From: Planctomycetota bacterium
Lineage (GTDB): Bacteria; Planctomycetota; B15-G4
DNA: 64,000 bases
Assembly (NCBI GenBank): GCA_038212275.1
Contig: JBBQUR010000002.1
Span: 128,001-192,000 of the forward strand
Reading direction: 5' to 3'
Part shown: positions 22,174 to 31,995 of the stretch, piece by piece
Layout: each line of letters starts with the position of its first letter
Numbering within the stretch: position 1 is the first letter of the stretch
Notes under the pieces: generated by a model
What the model was told of the DNA's origin: nothing
The model's input: only the letters and a program-made list of their open reading frames with translations
The model's database searches: none
Made by a program: the position numbers and the translations under genes

Positions 22174-23172
22174 TTAGAGCTCGCGGTCCACGCGCTGGAG
22201 CACTTCGTCGACCAGCGTGCTGAACGGGTCCAGGTATTGCTCTCCAACATGCAGACGCGAGTCGGGAATCGGCAGGCGACTCCAGGCGAGGTAGGGCTTG
22301 AATCGTTCGACGATGTCACGTGCTCGGGATGCATTCACAACCGGCGCCACCTGCGACTGCGAGGCTTCCTGCGCCCACGTGTGCGTCGCGACGAGGAATC
22401 CGAATGCGTGACTCCAGAAGCGCCAGGGCGGGATGTCGAACGGCGCGGATGCCTCGCTGAGAACGGCGTTCTTCGCGGGGCGATAAGGATCCCAAAGCCG
22501 GAGCACGCCTGCCCAGGCGTCCTCGTCGAGCGTGTACATGGGAGGCCGATCGGCACTCGCTTCGATGAACCTGGCCAGGGACATCTCGGCGGCGGCTCTC
22601 GCCACCGAGGCACGCGAGTAGGAGACCGCCTTCGACATGACGCTCTCGGTCGCCCAGATTCCTTTCTGCTGAAGCGCTGAACTCGCTCCGATCAGGAAGG
22701 CCATGAGATCGGCCTTTGCACCGACTCCGAACCCCGCCCGCAACCGAAGCATCAGTGTGGACGGTTCCAGCAGGTGCAACTCGACTGGGCCCTTGCCTGT
22801 TCGCGCTGTTTCCTCGGAAGTGTTCCCACCTGCGAGCTTCTTCCAGCGGGCATCGCCTGCAGTCATGGCCACCGATGCAAACCAGCCCACGCCGCCCTGC
22901 AGCATCGCTTCGGGGAATGCGGTCTGGATGGTCTTCAACCGCTGCACGCTCAGCAGGCGTGCACCACGATGAGCCCACCACCACAGGACATCGCGAAGGC
23001 GCTGCTCCCGATGTCGCATGGCAAGCGATGCCAGCACCAGGGCCTCGGGGTCGATGATCGCCTGCGCCGGGCGCTCTCCCGCGACCAACCCCTCGCCCTT
23101 CAGCGCGCGCCACTGTCGCCAGCACGCACGCACCGTGGCTTCTTCCGTGCGACTAGCGACGGTCGCGTACAT
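22174..23172 (-). CDS. Hypothetical protein with probable C-terminal winged HTH; partner of the DUF6036 gene
   Basis: 332-aa ORF overlapping the upstream stop; IDPEALVL and LRLRAGFGVGAKADL..SYSRASVAR segments. Confidence 0.7.
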   Translation of the reverse strand: MYATVASRTEEATVRACWRQWRALKGEGLVAGERPAQAIIDPEALVLASLAMRHREQRLRDVLWWWAHRGARLLSVQRLKTIQTAFPEAMLQGGVGWFASVAMTAGDARWKKLAGGNTSEETARTGKGPVELHLLEPSTLMLRLRAGFGVGAKADLMAFLIGASSALQQKGIWATESVMSKAVSYSRASVARAAAEMSLARFIEASADRPPMYTLDEDAWAGVLRLWDPYRPAKNAVLSEASAPFDIPPWRFWSHAFGFLVATHTWAQEASQSQVAPVVNASRARDIVERFKPYLAWSRLPIPDSRLHVGEQYLDPFSTLVDEVLQRVDREL

Positions 23173-23731
23173 GGGTGATCACCCTCGCCACGGCATCGGG
23201 AAACGTCGGGGACATGTCCTGGGTTTCGACCCAGCGCCGGGCGCGCTCGAGTTCCTCGTCCGTGGGCAGGAGTGCCACCAGATCCTGTCGATGGACGCTC
23301 TGCGGCCACTGGTCCACGGACGCGATGAGCTTGAGCGTGATCAGCGCCTGGCGCCCGGCCAATCCCACTCGCAGGCCCCGGAACCGCAACCACTCGACAT
23401 CCTCGCGAATGCCGTCGGGCAGTCCGGTCTTCCACTGGGCCCCGACGGTCGCGTTGATCCAGTCAGCATCGATGTTGAAGTCGCGGGCAACGCGTTTGAT
23501 CGCGTCTTCCAGAGCAGCGCTGATCCCCGGTTGGATCCACTCATCGCCGGCATCGGAGACCACCGCGATCACATCGACGTCGTTGGTCGTGCGTTGGACC
23601 CAGCCTCGAAGGCAGAGCGCTGCACCTCCGACCACGATGACGGACGCGGTCAAACCCTGTGCTTCGAGGTGGGCACCCACCGCATCCAGGAGCCTGCGCA
23701 GCAGGAGAGCGTTGAACTCGGCGTCAGCCAT
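23153..23731 (-). CDS. DUF6036-like nucleotidyltransferase (AbiEii/Pol-beta-like)
   Basis: VIVVGGAAL...RTTNDVDV motif; WIN; LITLKL...HRQDLVAL. Confidence 0.8.
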   Translation of the reverse strand: MADAEFNALLLRRLLDAVGAHLEAQGLTASVIVVGGAALCLRGWVQRTTNDVDVIAVVSDAGDEWIQPGISAALEDAIKRVARDFNIDADWINATVGAQWKTGLPDGIREDVEWLRFRGLRVGLAGRQALITLKLIASVDQWPQSVHRQDLVALLPTDEELERARRWVETQDMSPTFPDAVARVITHVRDRR

Positions 23732-23858
23732 GATTGATCGATAATCGGCCGAATGCGCTCAATAATCAAGCCTATTGCACCGTTTATCCAGACGAACTTG
23801 TCGCAAACGGCCGAGAAACGACCGAATCCGGCCCTACCCGCGTGTGAGGGACGCTCCT

Positions 23859-24251
23859 TTAGCCGCCCTCGCGCTCGAACTCGAAGCGCCTGGGGCTGCC
23901 GCCCTCGGTGAAGCCGATCGTGGCGCTGAGGCCATCCGCGGCCGAGAGCTCGTACACGATGCGCTTCGGGTAGTCGTGGCTCGGGTTGTCGAACACGGCG
24001 CGTGTTCCGGTCAGCTCGGTGAGCACGAACTCGGTCGGATCCGCGCCGCCGGGCTGCGCGACGTCCTCCGCATGGCGGTAGAGCCCAACCGATAAAGACG
24101 TTTCACTCCAACCCGAGGGCAACACTCACGAGCAATCGGACTGGGGCGGTGGCGCGGTCGAGGCCAGAGCCGTCGAGGCCGACGCGCTCGAGAGTGCGCC
24201 GAGGGTTGCGAGGAGTGCGAGCGCTGTGGCCAGCCGGATGCGCGTGTGCAT
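23859..24251 (-). pseudogene. DUF6265-family secreted protein, interrupted or internally deleted
   Basis: Signal peptide MHTRIRLATALALL ends in a stop at ~24126; C-terminal VAQPGGADPTEF...AVFDNPSHDYPKRIVY resumes after an unrelated ~60 bp. Confidence 0.65.
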
Positions 24252-24945
24252 GGCGGCGACCTCATTCGAGTTGTAAGTCGTGCGGGCGGCGTGACCGCGT
24301 TGCGGCGAAGTCCGGTGGCTGGCCTGGGGGGTTGCCGCGGGGCGCACGATAACGGTTGGCGTAGCGCGCTTGCGAAGTACGAAAGCCGCCGGTGATCCTC
24401 CGGTCGGCCTCCGGCCGCCTTCCGAAGCACCAGGCTCCGTCTTCCGCACACCTCGTTTCTTGTGACCCGTGGACACCTCCATCTCTGCATTCTCCTCTCA
24501 GAGTGTGGTCCACGGAAATCGTGGGGCGGTAGGGCCAGTTCGCGCACAGAGGTGACCACTCGACAACCACGACCGGACCGACGCGACGAATGTTCAGACC
24601 TGCCTCATCCGATGTATTGCGCCTCCCCCCTCCTCCCCGTGGTGCACCATGACTTCCAGTCAAGCGGATGCCGCCGCGTCGTCACCCGACGGCACCCGCA
24701 CTTCATACTCACGACAGGATCGACGTCATGTAATCCAAACAGACGCCTGCCGCGACGAGGAAGATACCGCCGCCAGCGGACACCGACCTCGCCATAGGTT
24801 GAAGAGCGCCGCACCGTTCCGCCCGAATTCCTCGAGTCCAACGAAGATGTACTTCTTTTGGACCCGCCTGGCGGCGACAACTCGCGCTCGGCGCCGTTGT
24901 TGTCGACCAATGCGATTCTGAGACGTATGCCGGGCGCTTCGGTCA

Positions 24946-25908
24946 TCAGGGAGATGTCATCAGGACGGTGTTGGACGTCTCGAAGCCCTTGGATAGCGAA
25001 ACATCCAGGATGTAGGCCTGTGCGTAAAGGACAAAGCCCGGGGGAACATTGTCCGGCCACGAACCGCCGAACTGGGTTGAGCCACTCCCATCGGTGGTGC
25101 CGGTGAGCAAGAAGCTCGGCATGAACACCAGGGAGCAACCCTCACGTGTCAGCGTGGCCGGCTGTGTTCCCAGCATGAGGACAGTCTGGGCATTGGAAGC
25201 GGCACCCAGCAGGGAGAGGGTGACGGGCGAGAACGGCTGCAGCGTTCCGGTCGCGAAGAGTGCTGCCGGCAAGTTCGTTCCGCAGGCGTTCTCGATGGTC
25301 GTGAACACGGTAGCGCCCGCGAGATTCACGTTATCAAGATAATCAGTATCAGGCCCGGATTGATACTCGGCGCGAATGCGCAGGCCGGTGATCGCCGCCA
25401 ACGCACTCTGCATCTGCACCTTCGTGGCAGCAACTCCGCCGCTGTTGCCAATGCGCCAGCCCGCCTCGGTCAGCGGAACCACATACGAAGTCCAGGTTCC
25501 ATCGACTGCCGGGTTTGCGGGCGTATCATAAACCAGGGTGATGCCGGCCCCCACCAGGATCACGTCGTTGTTATTTGAAAACTGACTCGGAGCGCCGATG
25601 ACCTGCCGCAGATCGAACGTCAACGCCTTCCCATATGCGTCGGAGTGGTTGCCGAGAAATTTCGCGGATGCGACAAAATAAGTGACTCCACCAATCACCG
25701 CGTCCAGGATCGAGACGGTGCCGTCTGGATTTCCATCCACGGCCACCCACGTCAATGGGGAGGCGAAATCGCCGGCAGCCGTCCAACCATCCACGTCAGT
25801 GTCGAACGTGCTGCTTGCCTGAGCCATGCTGGTCGCCGACCCCAGTCCGGCGGCGAACAACATCGCGAAAAATGCAATCAACATTGTCTGTGCGAGATGC
25901 ATTCTCAT
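24946..25908 (-). CDS. Secreted laminin-B (domain IV)-like protein with shared C-terminal domain
   Basis: RBS ggagaag, signal peptide, STFDTDVDGW, YFVASAKFLGN..AYG..LTFDL, LRIRAEY...DYLDNV. Confidence 0.78.
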   Translation of the reverse strand: MRMHLAQTMLIAFFAMLFAAGLGSATSMAQASSTFDTDVDGWTAAGDFASPLTWVAVDGNPDGTVSILDAVIGGVTYFVASAKFLGNHSDAYGKALTFDLRQVIGAPSQFSNNNDVILVGAGITLVYDTPANPAVDGTWTSYVVPLTEAGWRIGNSGGVAATKVQMQSALAAITGLRIRAEYQSGPDTDYLDNVNLAGATVFTTIENACGTNLPAALFATGTLQPFSPVTLSLLGAASNAQTVLMLGTQPATLTREGCSLVFMPSFLLTGTTDGSGSTQFGGSWPDNVPPGFVLYAQAYILDVSLSKGFETSNTVLMTSP

Positions 25909-26433
25909 GTTCTCTTCTCCGATTATCATGGGTTTTTTCATGAACACGAAACAACTCTGAAAGGAACTACATTTTCCAGCAGCCACCCTCCAGGTCTTGG
26001 AATGAACTGGGAATGGCGATGCGTCGCGGTTTATTCATGAGCGGTGCTTTCCGCGAGCGGGCGAACTTCTTGCCGCGATGAGTGCGTCGGACGGCATGAG
26101 AGACATAGAGACTTCCACGCTAAGATCCTTCGCATTCGTTCTTCTCGAGCTGTCCATTGGGGTGACATCACGACTTTCGGGGAGAAGGTGTCGAGCGTTC
26201 CGCGATCCCTGCCGAGTGACACGCACAACGGTGTGGACGGTGTGCACGGGGTAGTTGACCCCGGCCTCCTTCGATGTGTGGGGTGCTCCATTGATAAAGG
26301 CGGCAAAAGGCGTACTTCAGTGCCACTTATCGCGGCACGCGGCGAGGAGGTCGAGGTTCTGCTACAAAATGGACCATCCCGCAGAGCGCAATGGATGCGC
26401 CTGCCCGCGCTCCTGGTCATCCCAAGGAAGGCA

Positions 26434-27567
26434 ATGAAGTACCTCACGCGAAACATCTACCGCTCGTTTCGCGAAGAGTTCGTCGATCACATGGTTGCGA
26501 ATGATGGCTGGCCGGAAGGGGCCATCCGCACACGGCTACTGGTTGAGAAAAAGCATCCAGCCAGGAGGCAGGATTATTCTCGCCTCCAGAACGGCGAAAT
26601 GGGGCCGGCCCACTACGCTCGCGCCTTGATCGAGATACTTCTGGAGAACTCCAAAGGGCGCATCACGCGTCACACGAACATACTGCTGGAGTACCTTCAC
26701 ACCCGCGGCTTCGAAACGGTAACGGTCAGCGACGTCGACGTGGTGCTCTCACAGGTATGCTCTCCGCCCATGCGCGAGTCTCGCGACGGCATGGTCAGTC
26801 CTTACAAGCACGATTCGCTTCGACATTACGGCTCAGTACTGAAGACGTGGCCGGTCACCGCGCTCTACACGCGCATGATCGCCGGAATTGGCGGACGCCA
26901 TTCTCTGGCTCTGGCTGCACACTGGATCTATGTGCGGGCGGCTCAAGAATTGGCGCCACGGAGTCAGTCCATGACCGAAGCCGAGTGCGTCGAATGGACG
27001 AACAAGCGGCTTGGACTGTCGGAGGACGAGTGTGCCGCATATCTGCATGCGCTCAGTAACAAAGAACCCTGGTCGGTCCTCTTTGCTCGCAAGGGTCGCT
27101 CTTCCTTCGGTGTCAGCGTTGCCGTTCCACTCCAGCAACGCATCTACGAAGAAGTGCGATCCGGAAAAATGGGTCTCTTTGATATTGAGCCGAAGCATAT
27201 TGAATCTCCCTCGAACCACCTCGCCTTTATCGCTCTTGCCGAGAATCCGGATGCGTACCGAGAGGGCAAGGATCCCACCAGGCTGTTACTTGGTGCGGTA
27301 GCGGCACAATACGCAGCTCTGTTCCGCTGCGGTCGGCCCGGGCGACTGCCGACGTACAAAGTGATCGCCCCTGAGGGGACCCGATCCAATCGCGACCGCA
27401 TGATCGCCAGCCAATTCCGCGCGCTGAGTTCACATGACCCTCGCCACAAGGTGAGGCTATGGGAACGAGAATTCGATTTCGAGACTGGCGAGGGATTGCT
27501 GCCGATAGAGGTGGTGATTCTTAGAAAACTCGGCGCGTCCGCGGGGTCGGCGCCGCCCGTCGTCTAG
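26434..27567 (+). CDS. Orphan hypothetical protein, possibly HTH plus GNAT-like fold
   Basis: aaggaagg RBS before ATG 26434; 377-aa frame with A/T-richer codons; stop coincides with the CTAG IS end. Confidence 0.65.
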   Translation: MKYLTRNIYRSFREEFVDHMVANDGWPEGAIRTRLLVEKKHPARRQDYSRLQNGEMGPAHYARALIEILLENSKGRITRHTNILLEYLHTRGFETVTVSDVDVVLSQVCSPPMRESRDGMVSPYKHDSLRHYGSVLKTWPVTALYTRMIAGIGGRHSLALAAHWIYVRAAQELAPRSQSMTEAECVEWTNKRLGLSEDECAAYLHALSNKEPWSVLFARKGRSSFGVSVAVPLQQRIYEEVRSGKMGLFDIEPKHIESPSNHLAFIALAENPDAYREGKDPTRLLLGAVAAQYAALFRCGRPGRLPTYKVIAPEGTRSNRDRMIASQFRALSSHDPRHKVRLWEREFDFETGEGLLPIEVVILRKLGASAGSAPPVV

Positions 27568-27690
27568 CAGCCAGTGACGACAACGGCACTTCGGTGCGTG
27601 AGCACTCCGCAAGGTCCGCGAGCAGCGGTTCGCGCACCATCGCGTGCCGGCACTTGAGCGCGGCGACGATCGGCACCAAGAACATTCGGA
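27564..27690 (-). mobile_element. Orphan right end of an IS5/IS1182-like element
   Basis: Reverse complement (gccgatcgtcgccgcgctca...accgctgctcgcg...cactggctgctag) is homologous to 55940-56054. Confidence 0.7.
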
Positions 27691-27858
27691 GGAGCCGCGC
27701 CGCGCGTGCCTCCGGCACGCCACGGGAACTCCGGCTCTGCGCAAGTTCCAACGGCCGGGCGTGACGGGGTACACGATGGGGTACATCGCGTTGCGTCGGC
27801 ATGGCAGGCAGGACTCGCTCGGTAGGCGTAAGTCCCGGTCGATTCACGACTAAGGCTG

Positions 27859-27935
<77 letters not shown>

Positions 27936-28114
27936 TCGACCTGCAGCATGACGTCCCTTCGGACGCCGCAAGCAAGCGGGATGTTCTAGTCGAACGCGGG
28001 GTCTCGCGTCAACCGCAGCAAACGCCGGGCATCGCGGCGAGGCGCTCCGATGCGCCTTCGCGCTGCCGACTTGTCGCGGCCGCGCCGCGTGCTGCGCTGC
28101 GAGGGTGCAGCGCG

Positions 28115-28203
28115 TGGTGCCGGAAACAGGACTTGAACCTGCACCCCGTTTAACCGGGACCAGGCCCTCAACCTGGCGTGTCTGCCAATTCCACCATTCC
28201 GGC
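28115..28203 (-). tRNA. tRNA-Leu(GAG)
   Basis: GCCGGAATGGTGGAATTGGCAGACACG-CCAGG-TTGAGGG-CCTGG, long variable arm, GTTCAAGTC, CCA end. Confidence 0.96.
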
Positions 28204-28403
28204 ATGAGGCGCTGTCACCTCGGCGCGTGCGGCCCTTTGCCTCGCACGTGCGATCAGGGATTGCAGCGCAAACGCGGTCACGGCGTCAAGCCCCGGCCCC
28301 GCGCACAAACTGCTGGACTGCGGGGCGGGCTCACTGCGGGACTGCGGGACGGTGGGACTGCCGAGCTGCCAAGCTGCCGAGTCGCGGGGCCGCGCGCCGG
28401 CAC

Positions 28404-30497
28404 TCAGGACCCGACGACGGTCTGGACGTCCAGGATCAGGTCCGCGTCGCGCTCGCCGAGGCGCAGGGCGAGGCCGGCGGCCGACAGCAGCGTCATCCAC
28501 TGCTTGTCCGCGAGCCATGCGGCCGCAAGCCGCGGGACCTCCTGCGTGAGCCGCTGGGCCTCCTGGGCCTCGAGGATGGCGTCGAGCCGCGCGTCGAGCA
28601 GCTTCTGCACGTCGTCGGGGAGGTTGTCCTCCTTGCCGCGGTACTGGGCGAACTCGGGGCCGGCCAGCAGCTCCTTGCGCTTGCGCAGGCGCGCCGGCAC
28701 GAAGTCGATGCGCGTCTCGTCCGCGGCAATCCAGTCCGCGTAGGGCGTGAGCACCTTGCGCAGCGATTCGGCGGAGGCCCACGCGACGAGGTTGGCGCGG
28801 TCGGTGCCGAAGGCCGCCACCGTCGCGCGGACGTCCTTGCGGGTCGCCAGCGCCGAGCGGCTGTTGGTGTAGATGGACACGATCTCGCGCAGCAGGTCGT
28901 TGTCGGTCGCGAGCACGGCCGTGCCGCTGCCCTTGGCGACGTCCGGGTCCAGCACGATGTAGGCGAACTCCTTCATCGGCAGGCCCACCACGCCCAGCCA
29001 CTTCCGCACGCCGACGCCTTCATCCACCTTGAAGCGCTGGTCGTCGGGCACGCCCAGGGCCTTGCTGCCGCGCACGACGACATCGTCGAACTCGTTCCAG
29101 AGCGACAGATCCTTGACGTTCAGGATCACCGCCAGGAGCGGCAGCGGCTGGCTGCCCTTGGGAACTTCGTGGTCCAGCGGCCGGAAGGCGAGCGTGAGCT
29201 CGTCGCCCAGCATGCGCGACAGGAAGCTGATCAGGCCCGCCACGTTGTCCACCTTCCACGTCGGGCTGTAGCGCGCCAGGTCGCGGATGCTGCTGTTGAG
29301 CAGCTGCAGCTCGTCGGGCCCGAGCGAGTCGGCCACCGTCTGCAGCAGCGGGCGGATCTCCACGTTCATGCTGATGACGGCGCTCATGTCCTGAGGCAGC
29401 AGGCCGGCCATCGCGGCGAGGCGCTCGCCCGCCTTGAAGGTCGGGGCGCCGAGCAGCCCGGCGCGCGCCACGGCCACATCCTTGGCGGACATCTCGCCGT
29501 GCACGCGCAGCGTGAGGTCATCGTCCACCTCGATGCGCCCGACCAGGTCTCCGAAGAGCCGCGGATCGACCAGTTGCGTGAGCGCATTGGCCAGCGCATC
29601 CGGCTTCTTCTCGGCCAGGCTGTCGCCGGCCTCGAGCCGCGTGAAGAGCCGGGCGAAGTCCAGCTGGAACTCGGCCGAGAAGCGCTCCTGCGGCTCGCCG
29701 GTCGCGGGCGGCAGGTCGTCGTGCCAGAGATTGGAGAGCCCGAGGCTGGAATCGGCGCCGCCGTCCGTCGCGCGGAGCAAGTCGCGCACCAGCGCCTCGG
29801 CTCGCCCCGCGATGAGCAGATCCTGCTTGCGGGCGTAGTACCAGGCGCCCCCCGCGTCTTCGGAGCCGGAGCCGTTCCAGTTCGCGGGCAGGTCGAGCCG
29901 GCGCCAGAACAGCCCGGGCACCTCGGCGTCCTCGACCTTGGTCAGCGTGGCGCCGGGCAGCGAGCGACTCAGCGCGGACTCGGTGTCCAGCAGCTCGATG
30001 GCCAGCTTGGCCTTGTCGCTCAGCCGCGCCATGAGTGCGTACTGCGCCTCGCCGGCACCGGCCGGCGGCAGCCGCCCCACGACAGCCACCTCGCGCCCGA
30101 GCAGGTCGGCCAGCGGGTCCAGTGGCGAGTCGACCAGCGCCGCACGGGTGGAGGCGATGCGCGCATCCAGCTCCTTCGGCCACTGCAGCGACTGCCACCA
30201 GGTCGTCTTCTCGAGGTCCTTGAAGGCGCGCGTGCGCCGCAGCCGCGTGACGAAGCGGGGTTCCGGGAAGGAATCGATGTCGCTGGAAAGGGCCTCGCGG
30301 TGCACGAAGAGGTCCACGTCCCGCGGCACGAGCGCGGTGAAGGGCGCCACGCTGCCCTCGAACGGATCGAAGAAGACCTGGGTGAAGGCGAAGTAGAGCA
30401 GCGGCAGCAACAGCACCAGGCCGATGCCGACCTTGACCAGCCAGCCGCGCGAGCCCTGCCGCCGCTCGCGGCGCTTCACGGTTCTCCTGCGGGCCAT
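28404..30497 (-). CDS. Hypothetical membrane-anchored protein, 697 aa
   Basis: Basic N-terminus plus one TM helix; strong coding codon bias; no family recognised. Confidence 0.8.
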   Translation of the reverse strand: MARRRTVKRRERRQGSRGWLVKVGIGLVLLLPLLYFAFTQVFFDPFEGSVAPFTALVPRDVDLFVHREALSSDIDSFPEPRFVTRLRRTRAFKDLEKTTWWQSLQWPKELDARIASTRAALVDSPLDPLADLLGREVAVVGRLPPAGAGEAQYALMARLSDKAKLAIELLDTESALSRSLPGATLTKVEDAEVPGLFWRRLDLPANWNGSGSEDAGGAWYYARKQDLLIAGRAEALVRDLLRATDGGADSSLGLSNLWHDDLPPATGEPQERFSAEFQLDFARLFTRLEAGDSLAEKKPDALANALTQLVDPRLFGDLVGRIEVDDDLTLRVHGEMSAKDVAVARAGLLGAPTFKAGERLAAMAGLLPQDMSAVISMNVEIRPLLQTVADSLGPDELQLLNSSIRDLARYSPTWKVDNVAGLISFLSRMLGDELTLAFRPLDHEVPKGSQPLPLLAVILNVKDLSLWNEFDDVVVRGSKALGVPDDQRFKVDEGVGVRKWLGVVGLPMKEFAYIVLDPDVAKGSGTAVLATDNDLLREIVSIYTNSRSALATRKDVRATVAAFGTDRANLVAWASAESLRKVLTPYADWIAADETRIDFVPARLRKRKELLAGPEFAQYRGKEDNLPDDVQKLLDARLDAILEAQEAQRLTQEVPRLAAAWLADKQWMTLLSAAGLALRLGERDADLILDVQTVVGS

Positions 30498-30754
30498 GCG
30501 AAGGGGTGCTCCTGTGAGGAAGGGGCCAAGATTCTAGGACGCCGCGACGGCAAAGCGGCGTCCCGATCCTCGCCGGCCTCCCGCGCCAGGTCGGCGGCGA
30601 GCTCCCCGCGAGCGCCCCTCGAGCGCCCCTCGATTGAACCTCCAGCGAACGAGTCGACGGACCGCGGGGGCCGGGCGCCGATCCGGCGCGCTGCTCGCAC
30701 GCCGTCGATGTTGGCTGCCTTGCGAGCCTCCGGCCGCGCCGATATCGTCCCTCC

Positions 30755-31957
30755 ATGCAGCTTTCCCGGCGCGTTCTCAGCATGTCCGGCTCGGCCACCC
30801 TCGAGCTGGGAGCGACCATCGCGGCGTTGCGCGCCAAGGGCGTGGAGGTCATCGGGCTGGGCGCCGGCGAGCCCGACTTCCCGACGCCGCCCGAGGCCAT
30901 CGCGGCCGCCGCGGCCTTCATCGCCAGGGGGCGCGTGCTCTACACGCCGGCCAGCGGCATCCCGGAGCTGCGCGAGGCCGCCGCCGCGGAGCTGTCGCGC
31001 AGCGCGGGCACGCCGTTCAAGGCGTCGCAGGTCATCGTCACCAACGGCGCCAAGGAAGGCCTCGTGCTCGCCGTCCTCGCGACGTGCCAGCAGGGCGACG
31101 AAGTGCTCGTGCCGACGCCCGCCTGGGTCAGCTACGAAGCCATCACCTCCATCGCCGATGCGCGCATGGTGCCCGTGCCCTGCGAGGACAGCAGCGGCTT
31201 CAAGCTCACTCCGGCGCAGCTTCGCGCCGCCATCGGGCCGAGCACGCGCGCGCTCATACTGAATTCGCCCAACAACCCGACGGGCGCGGTCTACTCGCGC
31301 GCGGAGCTCACGGCCCTGGCCGAGGTGCTGGCCGGCACCGCGGTCACGGTCATCTCCGACGAGATCTACTCGCCCTTCAGCTACGCGGGTGAGCACGTCT
31401 CGCCGGCGTCGATCCCCGGCATGGTCGAGCGCACCGTGGTGATCAACGGCGTCTCCAAGAGCCACTCGATGACGGGCTGGCGCATCGGCTTCCTCGGCGC
31501 GCCGCCCGCGCTGGCGGACGCCGTGTCCAGCCTCAAGAGCCATCTCACCAGCAACTCCGCCGCGCCCAGCCAGCACGCCGCGCTGGCCGCGCTGCGCGCC
31601 GGCGACGGCTTCACGACGCGCATGCGCGCGGCCTTCGCCAAGCGCATGGCGCTGGCCGTGAGCGCGCTCGACGCGATTCCCGGCATCAGCCTCGTGAAGC
31701 CGGAGGGCGCCTTCTACGTCTTCCCGCGCGTCGACGGCTTCTACGGCGCGCAGGTCGCCGACAGCGCCGACATGTGCCGGCAGCTCCTCGACCAGCAGCG
31801 CGTGGCCGCGCTGCCCGGCGCCGCGTTCGGCGACGACCGCTTCATCCGCTTCTCGATCGCGATCGATGACGAGCTGCTGGCCGAGGGCCTGCGGCGCTTC
31901 GCCACGTATCTCGACACGTTGCGCGTGCCGGCCGGCAGACCCGGCGCGCCGCGCTGA
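30755..31957 (+). CDS. Class I/II PLP-dependent (aspartate-type) aminotransferase
   Basis: GAGEPDF, NSPNNPTG, SDEIY, SKSHSMTGWRIG, PEGAFY. Confidence 0.93.
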   Translation: MQLSRRVLSMSGSATLELGATIAALRAKGVEVIGLGAGEPDFPTPPEAIAAAAAFIARGRVLYTPASGIPELREAAAAELSRSAGTPFKASQVIVTNGAKEGLVLAVLATCQQGDEVLVPTPAWVSYEAITSIADARMVPVPCEDSSGFKLTPAQLRAAIGPSTRALILNSPNNPTGAVYSRAELTALAEVLAGTAVTVISDEIYSPFSYAGEHVSPASIPGMVERTVVINGVSKSHSMTGWRIGFLGAPPALADAVSSLKSHLTSNSAAPSQHAALAALRAGDGFTTRMRAAFAKRMALAVSALDAIPGISLVKPEGAFYVFPRVDGFYGAQVADSADMCRQLLDQQRVAALPGAAFGDDRFIRFSIAIDDELLAEGLRRFATYLDTLRVPAGRPGAPR

Positions 31958-31995
31958 CGCACGCACCACCGCACTCACAAGCCAGAGGACGACAC

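Noticed and set aside
22050..26000. Integron cassette array of co-oriented minus-strand genes
   Set aside because: No convincing RYYYAAC...GTTRRRY attC pairs found by eye and no integron integrase.
26044..26433. N-terminal extension of the 507-aa ORF and short ORFs at 26031-26456
   Set aside because: No coding-like character; the RBS supports a start at 26434.
28310..28385. Imperfect 8-9-bp repeats (actgcggg, ctgccgag) upstream of tRNA-Leu
   Set aside because: Short, degenerate, low-complexity sequence; no function supportable.
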